A DNA stretch of 64,000 bases from Octopus vulgaris (lineage: Eukaryota): NCBI GenBank assembly GCA_951406725.2, contig OX597824.1, positions 86,304,001 to 86,368,000 of the forward strand. Direction: 5' to 3'. The notes beneath the pieces are model-generated. The model was not told where the DNA came from, made no database searches, and saw only the letters and a list, made by a program, of their open reading frames with translations. Positions 1 to 14,063 of the stretch are shown piece after piece. The position numbers and the translations under genes are program-made. The first letter of the stretch is position 1, and every line of letters begins with the position of its first letter.

Positions 1-582
1 GTCTTTGTTGACCCCACCACTACCAACCATTGCTTCACAACTGGTATTGGTGTGTTTACATCCCTATAACTTAGTGGTTTGGCAAAAGAAACTGACAGAA
101 TAAGTACCAGGTTGAAAGAAAAAACAAAATAAATGCTGGGGTCAATTCGATAAAAAATTCTTCAAGGTGGTGCCCCAGCATGGTCGCAGTCCAATGACTG
201 AAACAAGAACAAGATAAGAGGTCCTCATTTAACCCCCACTTTCCCATGCTTGATGAGGCAGATTTTTTTTTCTATGGCTGGTATGCCCTTTCTGTCTTGA
301 ACCCTTGCCTATTTCCAAGAAAGGAACAAATTTCGTCCTATCCATGCGAGCCTGGAAAAGTGGATGCTAAAACAACAATATTGTAAGGACATTCACAGAG
401 ACAAAGAGACAACACTATAACTGAGCATTCACTGAGATTGTTGTGTGCTCTGATACATAACAAATGTAGATATGTATATTTGCCCATTGTTCTGTTCAAG
501 ATCTGCTTCAGCCTCGTTAGTTTTTACATACTGCCCTATTACATCCAGTTAAGCATTGTGTATACATCAGTAAACAGGGCAC

Positions 583-1250
<668 letters not shown>

Positions 1251-2671
1251 ATGCAAGACCTAATGAGGCAGTATGTGGAATTTAGTGAAGCAGAAACAGC
1301 CTGGCAAAACAAAGAACAGAAGTCCGGCTATTAATAATAAAAGTTTAATTGGGGTTGAAACGCACAGGAAATTGGATGGAGATGAATGGTGGATGTTGCA
1401 AGAGGGTTAATTACCAAATTATTGATTATGAGGAGAAAGTTGTACTGACAAGCAGCATTTGTATGCTGTAGCTTCGTCGATCAGCTGAAGCAAGGCAACA
1501 GAAGGGGGGTTAAAACAGGTGGGGTCACAGCTGCTGCTGTTGTGGTGTTGTTTAGATATGAATTATAATCCACTGCCTTAATGCCTAATTACATTTTAGG
1601 GTCAATTGTTCTGTGTTAATTAGAAAAAGGTGGAGTTGAGGTGGGCAACATGGATACAGAAAATACTCCATGCTGTTATTGTTATTTAAACCCCCCAATC
1701 AATAGTCGTAGCTATGGTTGTTATGGTTGAGAAGTTTGCTTCCGAACCACGTGGTTTGCAGTTCAGTCCCACTGCACAGCACCTTGAGCAATTGTCTTCT
1801 ACTATAGCCCTGGGTCAACCAATGTCTTGTGAATGAATTTGGTAGACAGAAACTGTGTATATGTATCATCATCATCATCATCATCATCGTTTTACGTCCG
1901 TTTTCCATGCTAGCATGGGTTGGACGGTTCAACTGGGGTCTGGGAAGCCAGGAGGCTGCACCAGGCTCCAGTCTGATCTGGCAGTGTTTCTACAGCTGGA
2001 TGCCCTTCGTGCATGCATATTTGTGTGTGTGTGTTAAAAGCACCAGCACACACTGTAAAGTGGTTGGTGTTAGGAAGGGCATCCAGCCATAGAAACCATG
2101 CCAAATCAGACTGGAGTCTGATGCAGCTCTCCAGCCTTGCCAGCTCTGGTTAACCTGTCCAATCCATGCCAGCATGGACAACAGACTGGCATGGATTTAA
2201 CATCATGCAGTGCCTACCCCAGTAGTGAAAGGTAGTGTTTCTTTTTGACTCCACATGTGTTGTGCTTAAAAACTTGTTTATATACTTGACTGTGATAAAG
2301 TGTAGAATTAGATTATTATCCTGCTTCCAGCTACAGCATTACTGCCAGGATTTGAAAAATAGGACAGATTTTCCCCACTTATTTTGTAATTTAGGGGGGA
2401 TTTTTGAAAAATAAGGGGGAATTCGCGGCAGTGTTTAGTGAACAAATTAAACACACTATCCGGCAGTGGCTAAAACGCGAACCGATCAAGTTTATGTATA
2501 AATTTTCTTTTTAAATTTTTGTTTCTTTTTACATAAATATTAAAACAACGGCTAAAAATTTTCTGAAGCAGCACCCCCCACCACTAATTTTATCTACGAG
2601 CAGCCACCGCTTCATATATAACAGATACGTAGTAATACTCAGCAGTAAGAGCATGTGAAATCAGTGATGTA

Positions 2672-3236
2672 TTGGGTTGTCCGGAAAGTTCGTACCGATT
2701 TTTAAAGGCAAGGAAAAGGTCAATAAATACTTGCCATCAATTTTTAATCAACCAAGTATGAACCATTTTGTTGCACAATGCATCTCCATCTTTCCTTTAA
2801 ATTGAAAATACCCTCTTCCAAGAATTGAGGTGGTTTCATGGCAAACAATTCATCAAGGTATCTTTTTACGCCATCCAAGGAATTGAAATTTTTACCATTA
2901 AGACTATTCTTCAGAGACCTGAATAAGTGGAAATCCAAAGGAGCAAATTCTGGTGAATATGGAGGGTGGAGTAACACATCCCAGCCGAGCTGCAGCAATT
3001 TTTGTCTGGTTCCCAAAGCATCAAGTGCCGAAAATGAACTTTCTTATCTTCCATTTTAAAGGGTTACAGAATTAACACAGGTTTTAGGAACATAAACCTT
3101 CTTCCACAAAAAGATAGCTTAAACTATGCTCTAAATGGGGGTGTAGTCAAATCCTATTTTATGGACTCAACCATGTTCTAAAATAAGTCGAAAGGTAAGC
3201 TACTATAAATCGGCACAAACTTTCTGGGCAACCCAA
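2672..3236 (-). mobile_element. Internally deleted mariner element
   Basis: TIRs ttgggttgtccggaaagtt.../...aactttctgggcaacccaa; TA target duplication; HPPYSPEFAPLDFHLF (YSPDLAP-type) transposase C-terminus. Confidence 0.93.
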
Positions 3237-3619
3237 TAGCTAGAGTGTGTGCCACCTGCAACTCCTCCCTCAATGCCCACAGCCCCCTATACAGGATTAC
3301 AGTATACAGCAGGCCCAAAAGTTTCACCCTTCCCCATAATAGCTTTGTTAAGGGCAGACTGCTCCCTCACCCTTTCCTAGCTATGTTACTGTGTGAAATT
3401 CCTTTAAGTGCTCAGAAGGTTCCATAGAAGTAGTTGATGGTTTCCCTAACACTTAAGCACTGGTGGTGCAGGTGAGAGTTCCAATGCCATACCAGCCAGA
3501 GTGATGATGGGGTGGATGGAAAATGTCAAGTAAACCTTTAGCTCTTCTAGCAATGAAACAGAGTCTTTCTCTTTCCCTCTCTCTCACTCTGAGTGAGTAC
3601 TGACTTGAGCTTGTGATGG

Positions 3620-4050
3620 TGTTCACCCAGGGTGGCTTCTTCTCTGGTCCTGATGGCATCACGAACCATGGTGACCCACGCTCAGCAGTCCTGTGCGAGG
3701 TCACTGGAGATAGCGAGCCATTCACAGTTCCATCTGTGCAGACCGACCACCTGTGGACCTGGGAGTTCGGAGAGGTCCTCCTTTATCGTTGTTGCCCAGG
3801 TCTCCAGCTGCCCGCCTGCGCATCTGCGCCAGCTGGGAAGTGGAGGTGGGGGGAGTACATTGCGAATCAGCTCACCCTCTGGATGCCGAGCCTCATGACC
3901 GAACCACCTAAAGCGCCATTGTAGAAACACCAAAGGGAGGGGCCGGAGATTCAGGCAATGACGAAGACCGGCTGTAGGAACCCGATCGATGCGGCGGCAG
4001 TGAAGAATGCTGATCCGCAATCCCGGTGGTTGGAGACCCCTGCAGAACAG
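3620..4050 (-). mobile_element. RTE-clade LINE ORF2 3' fragment
   Basis: RFRWFGH..R, GGQLETW...IKEDL and DLAQD motifs. Confidence 0.8.
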
Positions 4051-4404
4051 GGTTTTCTGTGGAAGGTTTGTTGACTACGTTAAGTAGAGTTGTTTCAGTC
4101 ATTTGACTGTGGCCATGCTGGATCGCTGCTCTGAACGGTTTTTAGTAGAAGAAATCGATCAAAGATCTTATTCTTTGTAAGCCGAGTACTTATTCTGTTG
4201 GTTTCTTTTGCTGAACCGCTAAGTTACAGAAACGTAAACACATTAACATCGGTTGTCAGACGATGGTGGGAGGAAGGGGGGACAAACACAAATAAGTATA
4301 TATATAGTTAATCCAAACAAGAAAGCACAAAAAAACACAACAACGCGAGGACATGGAACAAATATAGTATTATTGGACGCTCAGGAAAGAAGGAAAGAAG
4401 GAGG

Positions 4405-4439
4405 GTTTAACGTTTCGAGTGGCGCTCTTCGTCGGAAAC
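4405..4439 (-). ncRNA. Minimal hammerhead-like motif (Penelope pLTR type)
   Basis: GTTT-CCGACGA-A-GAG-CGCCA-CTC-GAAAC-GTT-AAAC. Confidence 0.5.
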
Positions 4440-4713
4440 ATAGGAGAAGGAAAGATCCAGAGAAGGGAAGACAGAATGAAAAAAAATCGCCAACGGTACA
4501 CAGAAGAAGAAAGGTAAAAAAGGACGAGGAAAACGTGGTAGAGTCACGGACAAAATTTTTGTGATTTCCAATTACGATTTCAGTGGCGTACTCCCAGCCG
4601 AAATTGCGATGATGATCCGGTTCTTGACTGAAGATTAAAGGCTTCGAATGGCCCACCCGTGTTTTTTGTATCGTCTATTTGGATGTTTTGCGTTCTTGTC
4701 CCATTTTGTATCG

Positions 4714-4766
<53 letters not shown>

Positions 4767-5031
4767 CTACTGTCATGGCACTCCCACATTCTTCTTCTTC
4801 CCTACCAAGAATTCAATACGACCTCGAACCCACAAGAGTAAACAAGAGAGACAGAGACAGGCAGAAACAAGGAAAATGCCACTTGTATTTGAACACTATA
4901 TAAATATTCTTTTAAAAAAACTTTTCTTTTAATTTTTCCAAAATTTGTTTTCCATACGTACAGTTGAAAAAGTCTCAATGTTTTTTATAAAATTATTTTA
5001 CCATTTTCTATCTTGACATTTTTTTTCCCAC

Positions 5032-5067
<36 letters not shown>

Positions 5068-5759
5068 GACGGGCTTCTGTCTACCAAATCCACTCACAAG
5101 GCTCTGGTTGGCCCGAGGCTATTATAGTAGAAGACACTTGTCCAAGGTGTCACGCAGTGGGACTGAACCCGGATCCATGTGGTCGGGAAGCAAGCTTCCT
5201 ACCACACAGCCACGCCTGCACCTATATTGAAACTTTCTCAATTACAAGATAGAACTCCGATGATAATTGTCAAGGCTTTTGTTTCCGTTGTTTTATCAGG
5301 TGTCCCTGTCATCTCAGCTTGAAGAGTTTAATGTTAGAGTTTTGTTATTGTAGATGTATTGTATCTATGCAGGCTTGTGACCAAAAAGAAAAAAAAAAGG
5401 GACGGGGGTTCATAGACGTGTTGCTACTTGTAAGATTAAAAGGACACGGAAGGCACTCACAGCAACAGCTATGATCCTGATAAGGGTACTTGCAGAAGTA
5501 ATAATAATAGTAATGATGGTACGGGTGGTGGTGTTGGTGGTGGTGAAAGTCATATTTGTGTCGCTATGGGGCCTCTGATTGTTGGGGTCGTGGTCATCTA
5601 AGTATAGGGATTGTAGTAATAGTAGTAGTGTTTTAACAGTAGTGTAGGACCGACGGTGACAGAAAAAGTGTAGTGTGTAGTAGAAGTAGTAATTTTATAT
5701 TTCAGGAATCCACGAAAATCCACAAGAAAAAGTAGATGGGAATTGACAATAGACCCGTG

Positions 5760-6013
5760 GGTACTACTTGAGAACAGTGGTCCCGGTGCGCGCACTCGCG
5801 TACTCGCGCATCCGCGCTAGCTAGTCGTGACTAGTCGATCCTACACAACGACTACCTAGCAAAGTAAATAAAGCACAAAATAAATAATTTTTTCACACAA
5901 AGTAAATAACACACGAAAAAACACAAAGTAAGGATCGACTGGTCACGACTAGCAAGCGCGGATGCGCGAGTACGCGAGTGCGCGCACCGGGACCACTGTT
6001 CTCAAGTAGTACC
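5760..6013. repeat. CpG-rich inverted repeat (83-bp arms, 88-bp spacer)
   Basis: 5760-5842 is the near-perfect reverse complement of 5931-6013. Confidence 0.9.
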
Positions 6014-6389
6014 GACCCGTGTCTATGAATGCGTCGGTCTTTTCTTGATATCGGTCTTTTCTTACCACTAGTAAGTAGAAGCAGTAACACATGAGATGTA
6101 CTGATGTTATGAGGAGAGGCTGCCCTTGCGGCAAAATTCCAAACCATCATCATCATTATTATTATTATTATTATTATTCCTGAATTGCAAACCGAGTTCT
6201 TTAATTGTAACTATTTCAACATGAGGTTGAACTGGTTGTGAGAATAAGCATGAACGTTACACAGCCTCATCAGCCCCCATCTCGGCCTCGCCTCCTTTCG
6301 TTACGGCTCTGAAAGTTTTGTGTCTATAGAATTATCATTCCCGCAATCGGCGTTATTTTCGGTAACGCAATACAATATAAGAATAATAC

Positions 6390-6964
6390 GCAATGAAATT
6401 TCTGGCGATCTTTCGTCACTAGTAGACCTTTCCGTCGATTTCCGTAAAATTTTTTTTTTTTTTTATTTTACATATGGGCTTGCGGGAACTTTTGAAGTAA
6501 TATACATACATATACACATACACCGAGTAAAAAATTTCAGTTATCTCTTTCACACATTACTCTCTCTTTCTCTTCTCTCTCACTAACAGAAGCACTTCAC
6601 TTACACAACATACTGTCTGTCTCCCACACCCCATCAAACACACACATGTACATCAATGCGTTCCATGCACGGTAACTTCAAAAGAACTTCCCTCGTCATA
6701 CAATCGCTTTCTCTTAGTCTCTTTCGCTCTCATTACTTCAAAAGTTCCCGCAAGCCCATATGTAAAAAAAAGAATAATGCTTCCCATGCACGGTAACTTC
6801 AAAAGAACTTCCCTCGTCATAAAATCGCTTTCTCTTAGTCTCTTTCGCTCTCATTACTTCAAAAGTTCCCGCAAGCCCATATGTAAAAGAAAAAAAAAAT
6901 TTTTTTTACGGAAATCGACGGAAAGGTCTACTAGAGACGAAAGATTGCCAAAAAATTTCTTTTG
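6390..6964. mobile_element. MITE with ~65-bp TIRs and internal ~120-bp tandem duplication
   Basis: gaaatttctggcgatctttcgtcactagtagacctttccgtcgatttccgtaaaa is inverted at ~6905-6960; duplicated 6656-6769/6776-6890. Confidence 0.65.
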
Positions 6965-7098
6965 CTCTCTCTCTCACACACACACACACAGAATCTACGA
7001 TTTGGTGAAACAAACAGTTCTATGTATCAAACGACAGAATGGAACCAGATCTTCAGACAGAGTTAACACGTCGGAGAAGTTTGGCAGAGAGAACTTAC

Positions 7099-7409
7099 CT
7101 GCACGATTTAAACAAACTGTAGACTAGTAATTCTTCGAACCCTGTTGTTGATAAAACCAAAATAATCACGGAATAAATCGCTACGCATCGTCTCAGTACA
7201 CAAGTTTTGACAAAACGACACCTTGTTTGAACGTGCAGCTGGAACGCCCGTTTCGATAGTTACATATAAACAACAACTAGATCAATTTTGGGCAGGGCAG
7301 GGAACCCGATCGTATTGCGCATGACATGCACAAACACGCGCTTCCGGGAGTCTATATTTACAGACGCTATAATTTTGATGGAGACCTTATGGAAATAGTG
7401 TGCGCGCGC

Positions 7410-7420
<11 letters not shown>
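7099..7420 (-). promoter_or_regulatory. Candidate CpG-rich promoter/non-coding first exon of a gene running leftward
   Basis: local CpG enrichment next to (GA)n; consensus donor CAG|GTAAGT at 7099/7098. Confidence 0.35.
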
Positions 7421-7455
<35 letters not shown>

Positions 7456-8522
7456 GGAATAGCGATATAAAAAAAAAACAGAGAGAGAGAGAGAGAGAAA
7501 GATATAGAGAGACGTAAGTGCAAATAGGTAGATAAACTAAAGAATAAAGATAGTGTTTCTTATTTCTTTATTGCCCACAAGGGCTAAACATAGAGGGGAC
7601 AAACAAAGGGATTAAGTCGATTATATCGACTCCAGTGCGTAACTGGTATTTATTTAATCGATCCCGAAAGGATGAAAGGCAAAGTCGACCTCGGTGGAAT
7701 TCGAACTCAGAACGAAGCGGCAGACGAAATACCTATTTCTTTACTACCCACAAGGGGCTAAATACAGAGAGGACAGACAAATGGATTAAGTTGATTATAT
7801 CGACCCCAGTGTGTAACTGGTACTTAATTTATCTACCCCGAAAGGATGAAAGGCAAAGTCGATCTCGGCGGAATTTGAACTCAGAACGTAGCGGCAGACG
7901 AAATACCTACTTCTTTACTACCCACAAGGGGCTAAACACAGAGAGGACAGACAAATGGATTAAGTTGATTATATCGACCCCAGTGAGTAACTGGTACTTA
8001 ATTTATCTACCCTGAAAGGATGAAAGGCAAAGTCGACCTCGGCGGAATTTGAACTCAGAACGTAGCGGCAAACGAAATACCTATTTCTTTACTACCCACA
8101 AGGGACAATGTGTGTGTTTATGAATGAAACACCTAAGCTCCACGCGGCTCCGGCAGAAGGTAATAGCGAACTTCTGCTGACTCTTTCGCCACAACTTTCT
8201 CTCACTCTTTCCTCCTGCATCTTGCAGCTCATCTGTGACGGACCGGCTTCCCGTCCAGGTGGGGAACCTATACGCCAAGGAAACCAGGAAACCGGCCCTT
8301 TGGAGCCAGGTGTGGCTCAATAAGGAACACACACACTTGCCTCTTTTGTTGAACCACTATGTCACAAGAGAGTAAACAATCCAACACCAGTTGCCAAGTG
8401 GTGATGAAGGACAAATAGACACAAGGCTATACACACGCACACACATACATACACATGACATACTTCCACGCTGTTTCCATTTACCAAGCTCACTCACATA
8501 ATATAAGTCAGCTGAGGGCCAT

Positions 8523-8928
8523 AGTAGGCGCAGGAGTGGCTGTGTGGTAAGTAGCTTACTAACCAATCACATGGTTCCGGGTTCAGTCCCACTGCGTGGC
8601 ATGTTGGGCAAGTGTCTTCTGCTATAGCCCCGGGCCGACCAATGCCTTGTGAGTGAATTTGGTAGACGGAAACTGAAAGAAGCCTGTCGTATATATGTAT
8701 ATTTATGTGTATGTGTGTGTGTCTGTGTTTGTCCCCCTAGCATTGCTTGACAACCAATGCTGGTGTGTTTACGTCCCCGTTACTTAGCGGTTCGGCAAAA
8801 GAGACCGATAGAATAAGTACTGGGCTTACAAAGAATAAGTCCCTAGGTTGATTTGCTCGACTAAAGGCGGTGCTCCAGCATGGCCGCAGTCAAATGACTG
8901 AAACAAGTAAAAGAGTAAAAGAGTAAAG
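8523..8928 (+). mobile_element. tRNA-derived SINE family A (~400 bp, internal TA/TG microsatellite). Other copies at ~5046-5222(-), 12806-13210, 13269-13670, 15606-15905, 17675-18090, 23556-23976, 25547-25950, 27140-27551, 29397-29696, 30947-31386(-), 47588-47997, 53418-53822(-), 55240-55661, 56608-56940, 58450-58885(-), 61940-62460
   Basis: ggcgcaggagtggctgtgtggtaag A-box, ggttcagtcc B-box, CORE-like accttgggcaagt block, (aaaagagt)n tail. Confidence 0.9.
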
Positions 8929-9031
8929 AGTAATACCCAAGAGGTCATACAGTGGGACTGAACCTGAGACCATTGGTTGCAAGGTGAGCTTCTAATCCAT
9001 AACCATGCTTATATATACAGACACATATATA

Positions 9032-9243
9032 CACAAGGGGGTGCAGTAAAGTTCCTGGCTTTAAGGGTATCACAAAAGGCTTGGTTGAAGGCCCAACCTT
9101 TCAAGTTCTTTTACAGGGCTTAGAAAAACTGAAGGACCTCTGCAATAAGTGTGCAAATCTTAGAGGGGAATATGTTCAATAAAATCATAATTAACTGATC
9201 CTCCTGTATTTTTTTTTCACCCAAAGCCAGGATCTTTTAAACC
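9032..9243 (+). mobile_element. Second mariner-derived MITE
   Basis: aagttcctggcttt/aaagccaggatctt inverted ends; KCANLRGEYVQ* transposase tail. Confidence 0.6.
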
Positions 9244-10844
9244 TAGGCAAAATGGTTGTGGATGTATTGATGTTGGTGGAGACGATGTTAAGATTGAAAG
9301 GCGACGTTGAGCTTAAGGCAACAGTGGAGAAAGGTCCTAAAATGCTGTGGTGGTGTCTGTTGCTGGAACATGGCTGTGTCACTGAAACTGGCTGTGCTCT
9401 GTGGTCAGAGGTTAGTCCTAAGAAGGACTAGAACCAAAGACGAATTCCAGTTTGTTGATCTAGCTTTTAAAGAGATTAGTGGGCCCCAGAAGAGAACCTA
9501 GAAGACTGTGTCACATGACCATATCAGAAGGCTGCGATTGGTTGGTTTACACATTGGCGCGAAATAAAGGAAGAGTTAAACTGCACTGAAACCAACCAAT
9601 CAGAGCAGCGGACACAACTGGGCCCAAGGGGACAAAAGATGGCTGTGTTCTGCCACGTCCGCATTTGCATTACACATGTCAAACAGAAAGGATTTCACCA
9701 AGGTACGCTACAAACACTTCCTCGCATATACGTGTGTGTGTGTGTGTTGTGCATTTGTAGTCACCAATGTAAATACATCAAGGGAGTTAAGTCTGGGAAC
9801 GTGATGTAATTCTGGCACACCTAACTAGTTTATAAACAGAGATCAATAAAAGTGATTGCAAAATCCAGCCTTTAGAGATGATTTACCATTTCTAAACTAA
9901 ACAGCAAGGAATAGTGACATACTACAATCTCCACCAGAATATGTAGAGGTGCAGTTAATTGTAAATTCCATAGTATTTTCAAATGGCTAATAATGTGAGC
10001 GCACACCGCTACTACACACATTGGAAAGCATTGTACAACCAAGCACTAAAGAAGGTCTTTCCTCCTCCATGAAACAAAGCTGTTCCCGCTGGACGTCAAC
10101 CTAGTATTTCTAAGCTACGGACCGAGTGATTTATTGTAAGGTTATCTCCCTAGATAGATTGCCTTCACTACGGCTAAGGAGCCCTTTCTACCCCACTGAC
10201 ACAGGTTGTACTGGTTTACCAGTAGTAGGATCCGATGCTGCATACATCGGTCCTGACCTGACAAGGGCAGCCTAATACCTAATAGCTTTTCCATTGTCTC
10301 AACCACGGTCGATCAATGATGATGATGTAGAGGTGATTAAAAGTTAATCCTATCCAAATCGCGACTTCCCATATGACCTACTGATTGATACTGTGAAAAC
10401 TGAGGATAAGTAACTGGAATGTAAACCTCTCAGAGAACTGAGTTTTGGTCCTATTGTAGGTAGCTTTTCTTACAGAAACGATTTAAAATCAGTGCAGTTC
10501 AGGGAATATATCATTGGTTTCCAAGGCTACAGGTGATGGTCTGTGTCAGGAAAGTGAGTAGAAAAAGTTTGTAAATTGCAAAGTGGAATAGGTTGGTTTG
10601 TCATGATGAAAAGAAAAGATTGGTTTGGGTTGGCTCCATAATCACATAGACTTATATAATGTGTTATAATGGTACTGAATAAAAAGAATGAGAGAGAGAG
10701 AAAATAAAATAATAAAGAATTGGTAAATGAGAGGTCATAAGGGAAACATTGGGACAGCAGTGAATACAGTGAGATAATCAATAGGAACACTGGCAAATTT
10801 GGAAAATGAACGATTAAAGTGATCAGGTTAATATATATATATAT

Positions 10845-11200
10845 CATCATCATCATTGTTTAACATCTACTTTCCATGCTAGCATGGGTTGGACGATTTG
10901 ACTGAGGACTGGCGAACCAGATGGCTGTGCCAGGTTCCAATCTTGATCTAGCAAAGTTTCTACAGCTGGATGCTCTTCCTAACGTCAACCACTCCGAGAG
11001 TGTAGTGGATGCTTTTACGTGCCACCGGCACGAGGGCCAGTCAAGCAGTACTGGCAACGGCCATGCTCAAATGGTGTTTTTTTATGTGCCACCTTGCGCA
11101 GGAGCCAGTCCAGCGGCACTGGTAACGACCTCGCTTGAATGTTTTGTTCATGTGCCACTGGCACGAGTGCCAGTAAGGCGACATTCTGCCAGTGCACCAG
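10845..11200 (-). mobile_element. RTE-tail SINE family C with (GAT)n tail; copies at ~1866-2180, 12525-12680, 43420-43600, 48480-48780, 58900-59280
   Basis: shared ccatgctagcatgggttggacg...ctacagctggatgcccttcctaac block. Confidence 0.8.
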
Positions 11201-12299
11201 CAACTGCCGGCAATGCCCCGTTTTTCTCCTTCCTTTTTTTCTTTTCCTTTACGACGGGAGGGTGGAGTTCCTCCTTCATGTCCAGAAATCCTTCCTTCCC
11301 TCCTGCCGCCTCAAGATCCATCGGTGGGCAACCATTGTTGATCTTGACTACTTGCAGCACCTTCATCTTCACTGCCGTCATCTACACACTTGTTGACATC
11401 TCTGTTGACATTAGCATTGCCATCATTGCTTCCACAGTCATCATCATTGCTGCTGCAGGTGTTGAGATTACTGCCATTATTGACATCGCTGTTGCCATCA
11501 ATACCAGCAGTGTCAACATTGCCGTCAACATCACCAGCAATGTCATTATCCCCGTCATCACCAAAACATTGACATTACCACTGTCACCACTGGCATCAGC
11601 GTCAACAGCCATTCAAGAATTTGGACCTGGAGATTTCCATTTCCAGCGACTTCGAGGGCCACCTCCCAGTGGTGTCGGGTGTCAACGAAGAGCCCTCGAC
11701 TACAAGACAACCAAAGTTTTTTTTTCCAAGGTCTGGGGTCTCCTGCCCCTAAGCCCTAGACCATCACCTAATCACCCTTACCTGTCTTGTTGCTTAACAA
11801 CAACAACAAGAACAACATTCAGCATCTACAGCACTATTTTCCAGCATTGTTATCATCATTATGACATTGATATCAGTTATCATCATCATCATCATCGACA
11901 TCATTTTCATCATCATTGTCATCTACACCATCACTATCATTGTTGTCACCATCTACATCATCAAATTTTGCTGTATCTGGGAAATTTGGAAAAAAAAACA
12001 CCAAAAAAAATTGAAAAAAAACAAAATAAAAAACACATTTCCTTGAAGTAAAAAGTAAATTGTAACATTTGAGAAGACAATGGTTAAAATCTGGCAGGAA
12101 TGGAAAAAAAAACTTCAAGGTATTCTGATTGTTTTCTCATTTATTGAACATAAAAATTTGATTATTGCTGTAAAAATATCCAGACAAACACAGACACACA
12201 ATGTTTGCATAGGCAATAGATTTGAATAAACGAATAGAACAACAAATCAAAGCAGTCAAAGAACGATTTGTTATGGAATGGTAAAGCATTTTACTTTAA

Positions 12300-12520
12300 C
12301 CCTTTCGTATTCAGATTATTTTGTCAAAATGTAATGTTTTTTCATTGACATTGTTTATAATTAATCATGCTTTATTTTGTAGCTTTAAAGTTTTCATGAT
12401 GAGATTGTAGATTTCTAGAATGGCATTGAAGGGTAGGTGTGAAAGGTTGGATCTGACTAGTTAGAGCATAAAGCAGGAAGCATATTTGGGCCGGATATGG
12501 CCTGTTTAGATACTAAAGGG
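12300..12520. mobile_element. piggyBac-like MITE, 221 bp
   Basis: TTAA|CCCTTT...AAAGGG|TTAA. Confidence 0.75.
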
Positions 12521-13442
12521 TTAATCATCATCATCATCGTTTAATGTCCGCTTTCCATGCTAGCATAGGTTGGACGATTTTGACTGAGGTCTGGCAAGCA
12601 AACCAGATGGTTGCACCAGGTTCCAGTCTTGATTTGGCAGAGTTTCTACAGCTGGATGCCCTTCCTAATGCCAACCACTTAATGATATTGGTAATCAGTC
12701 TTTGATTTGCTATTCCTTTCAAAGGAATCACAATATGAAATTCTAGGGATTTCAGTTCCTATTTAATTTGGTTTTAATTTTTTTTTTTAACACAATATAG
12801 GCACAGCCTTGGCTGTGTGATTATAAAGCTTTATTTGCAATGGTGTGGTTTGGGGTTCAGTCCCCAGTGCCTGACCCCTTGGGCAAGTGTCTTCTACTAT
12901 AGCTCTAGGCTGACCAATGCTTTATGAGTGAATTTATAGACGGAAACTGTGTGGAAGCCTGTTGCATGTGTGAGTGTGTCAGATATGTGTTAGAAATGTT
13001 CTCCCACCCCGCTTAGACAATTAGTGTTGGTTTGTTAATGTCTTTATAACTTAGCGGTTTGGCAAAAGAGACCAACAGAGTAGGCAACAGGCTTTAAAAC
13101 AAAAACAAAAAAAGAACTAAGTACAAGGATTGATTTGATTTACTAAAAACTCTTCATGGTGTTGCCCCAGAATGGCCACAGTACAATGCAGAAAACCAGT
13201 GTAAAAGACAGAAACAAACAGATTCGATGATTTAGCAAAATGAACATAAAGTAGCAAGAGATTCAGATACAGGCGCAGGAGTGGCTGTGTGGTAAGTAGC
13301 TTGCTTACCAACCACATGGTTCTGGGTTCAGTCCCACTGCGTGACACCTTGGGCAAGTGTCTTCTACTATAGCCTCGGGCCAGCCAAAGCCTTGTGAGTG
13401 GATTTGGTAGACGGAAACTCAAAGAAGCCCAACGTATATATG

Positions 13443-13474
<32 letters not shown>

Positions 13475-13842
13475 ACTGTGTTTGTCCCCCTAGCATTGCT
13501 TGACAACCGATGCTGGTGTGTTTATGTCCCCGTCACTTAGCGGTTCCACAAAAGAGACCGATAGAATAAGTACTGGGCTTACAAAGAATAAGTCCCGGAG
13601 TCGATTTGTTTTCGACTAAAGGCAGTACTCCAGCATGACCGCAGTCAAATGACTGAAACAAGTAAAAAGTATGCTTTTAAACTTTTGATATCACAGTTGA
13701 ACAGAAAGAAGAATTTATTTACAAAATTCAAATGTGAAAAGAAATACAATAAAAAATATATAAAAAAAAAAAATGAAACAGGATAAATTTAATATGTACA
13801 AGAGACAAATATAGATCATTATAAAATAACAAAGATGTTTAA

Positions 13843-14063
13843 CCCTTTCGTTACCAACCCGGCTGAAACCGGCTCTGGCTCTGAGTACAAATGTCTTGTT
13901 TCCATAAGTTTTGAATTAGAATCTTCCACCAAACCTTAGTCACAATTTACGTTCCTAACACTAGCGGAATGATGACTAAGTTATTTTACTAAACTCTTTG
14001 TTATATTTGAAATTAATTGAAAGAAACACAGAGCATCTCAAAATAAATACAGTAACGAAAGGG
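13843..14063. mobile_element. piggyBac-like MITE, 221 bp, different subfamily
   Basis: TTAA|CCCTTTCGTTAC...GTAACGAAAGGG|TTAA. Confidence 0.8.

Noticed and set aside
7562-8105. Regularly spaced repeats resembling a CRISPR array
   Set aside because: Whole 173-184-bp units repeat with no unique spacers; they are SINE bodies in a eukaryotic context with no cas genes
8523-8600. tRNA-like A/B boxes
   Set aside because: SINE heads in many diverged copies; no complete cloverleaf
10921-12051. 376-aa ORF
   Set aside because: Chimera of a SINE, a decayed retroelement fragment and degenerate trinucleotide repeats
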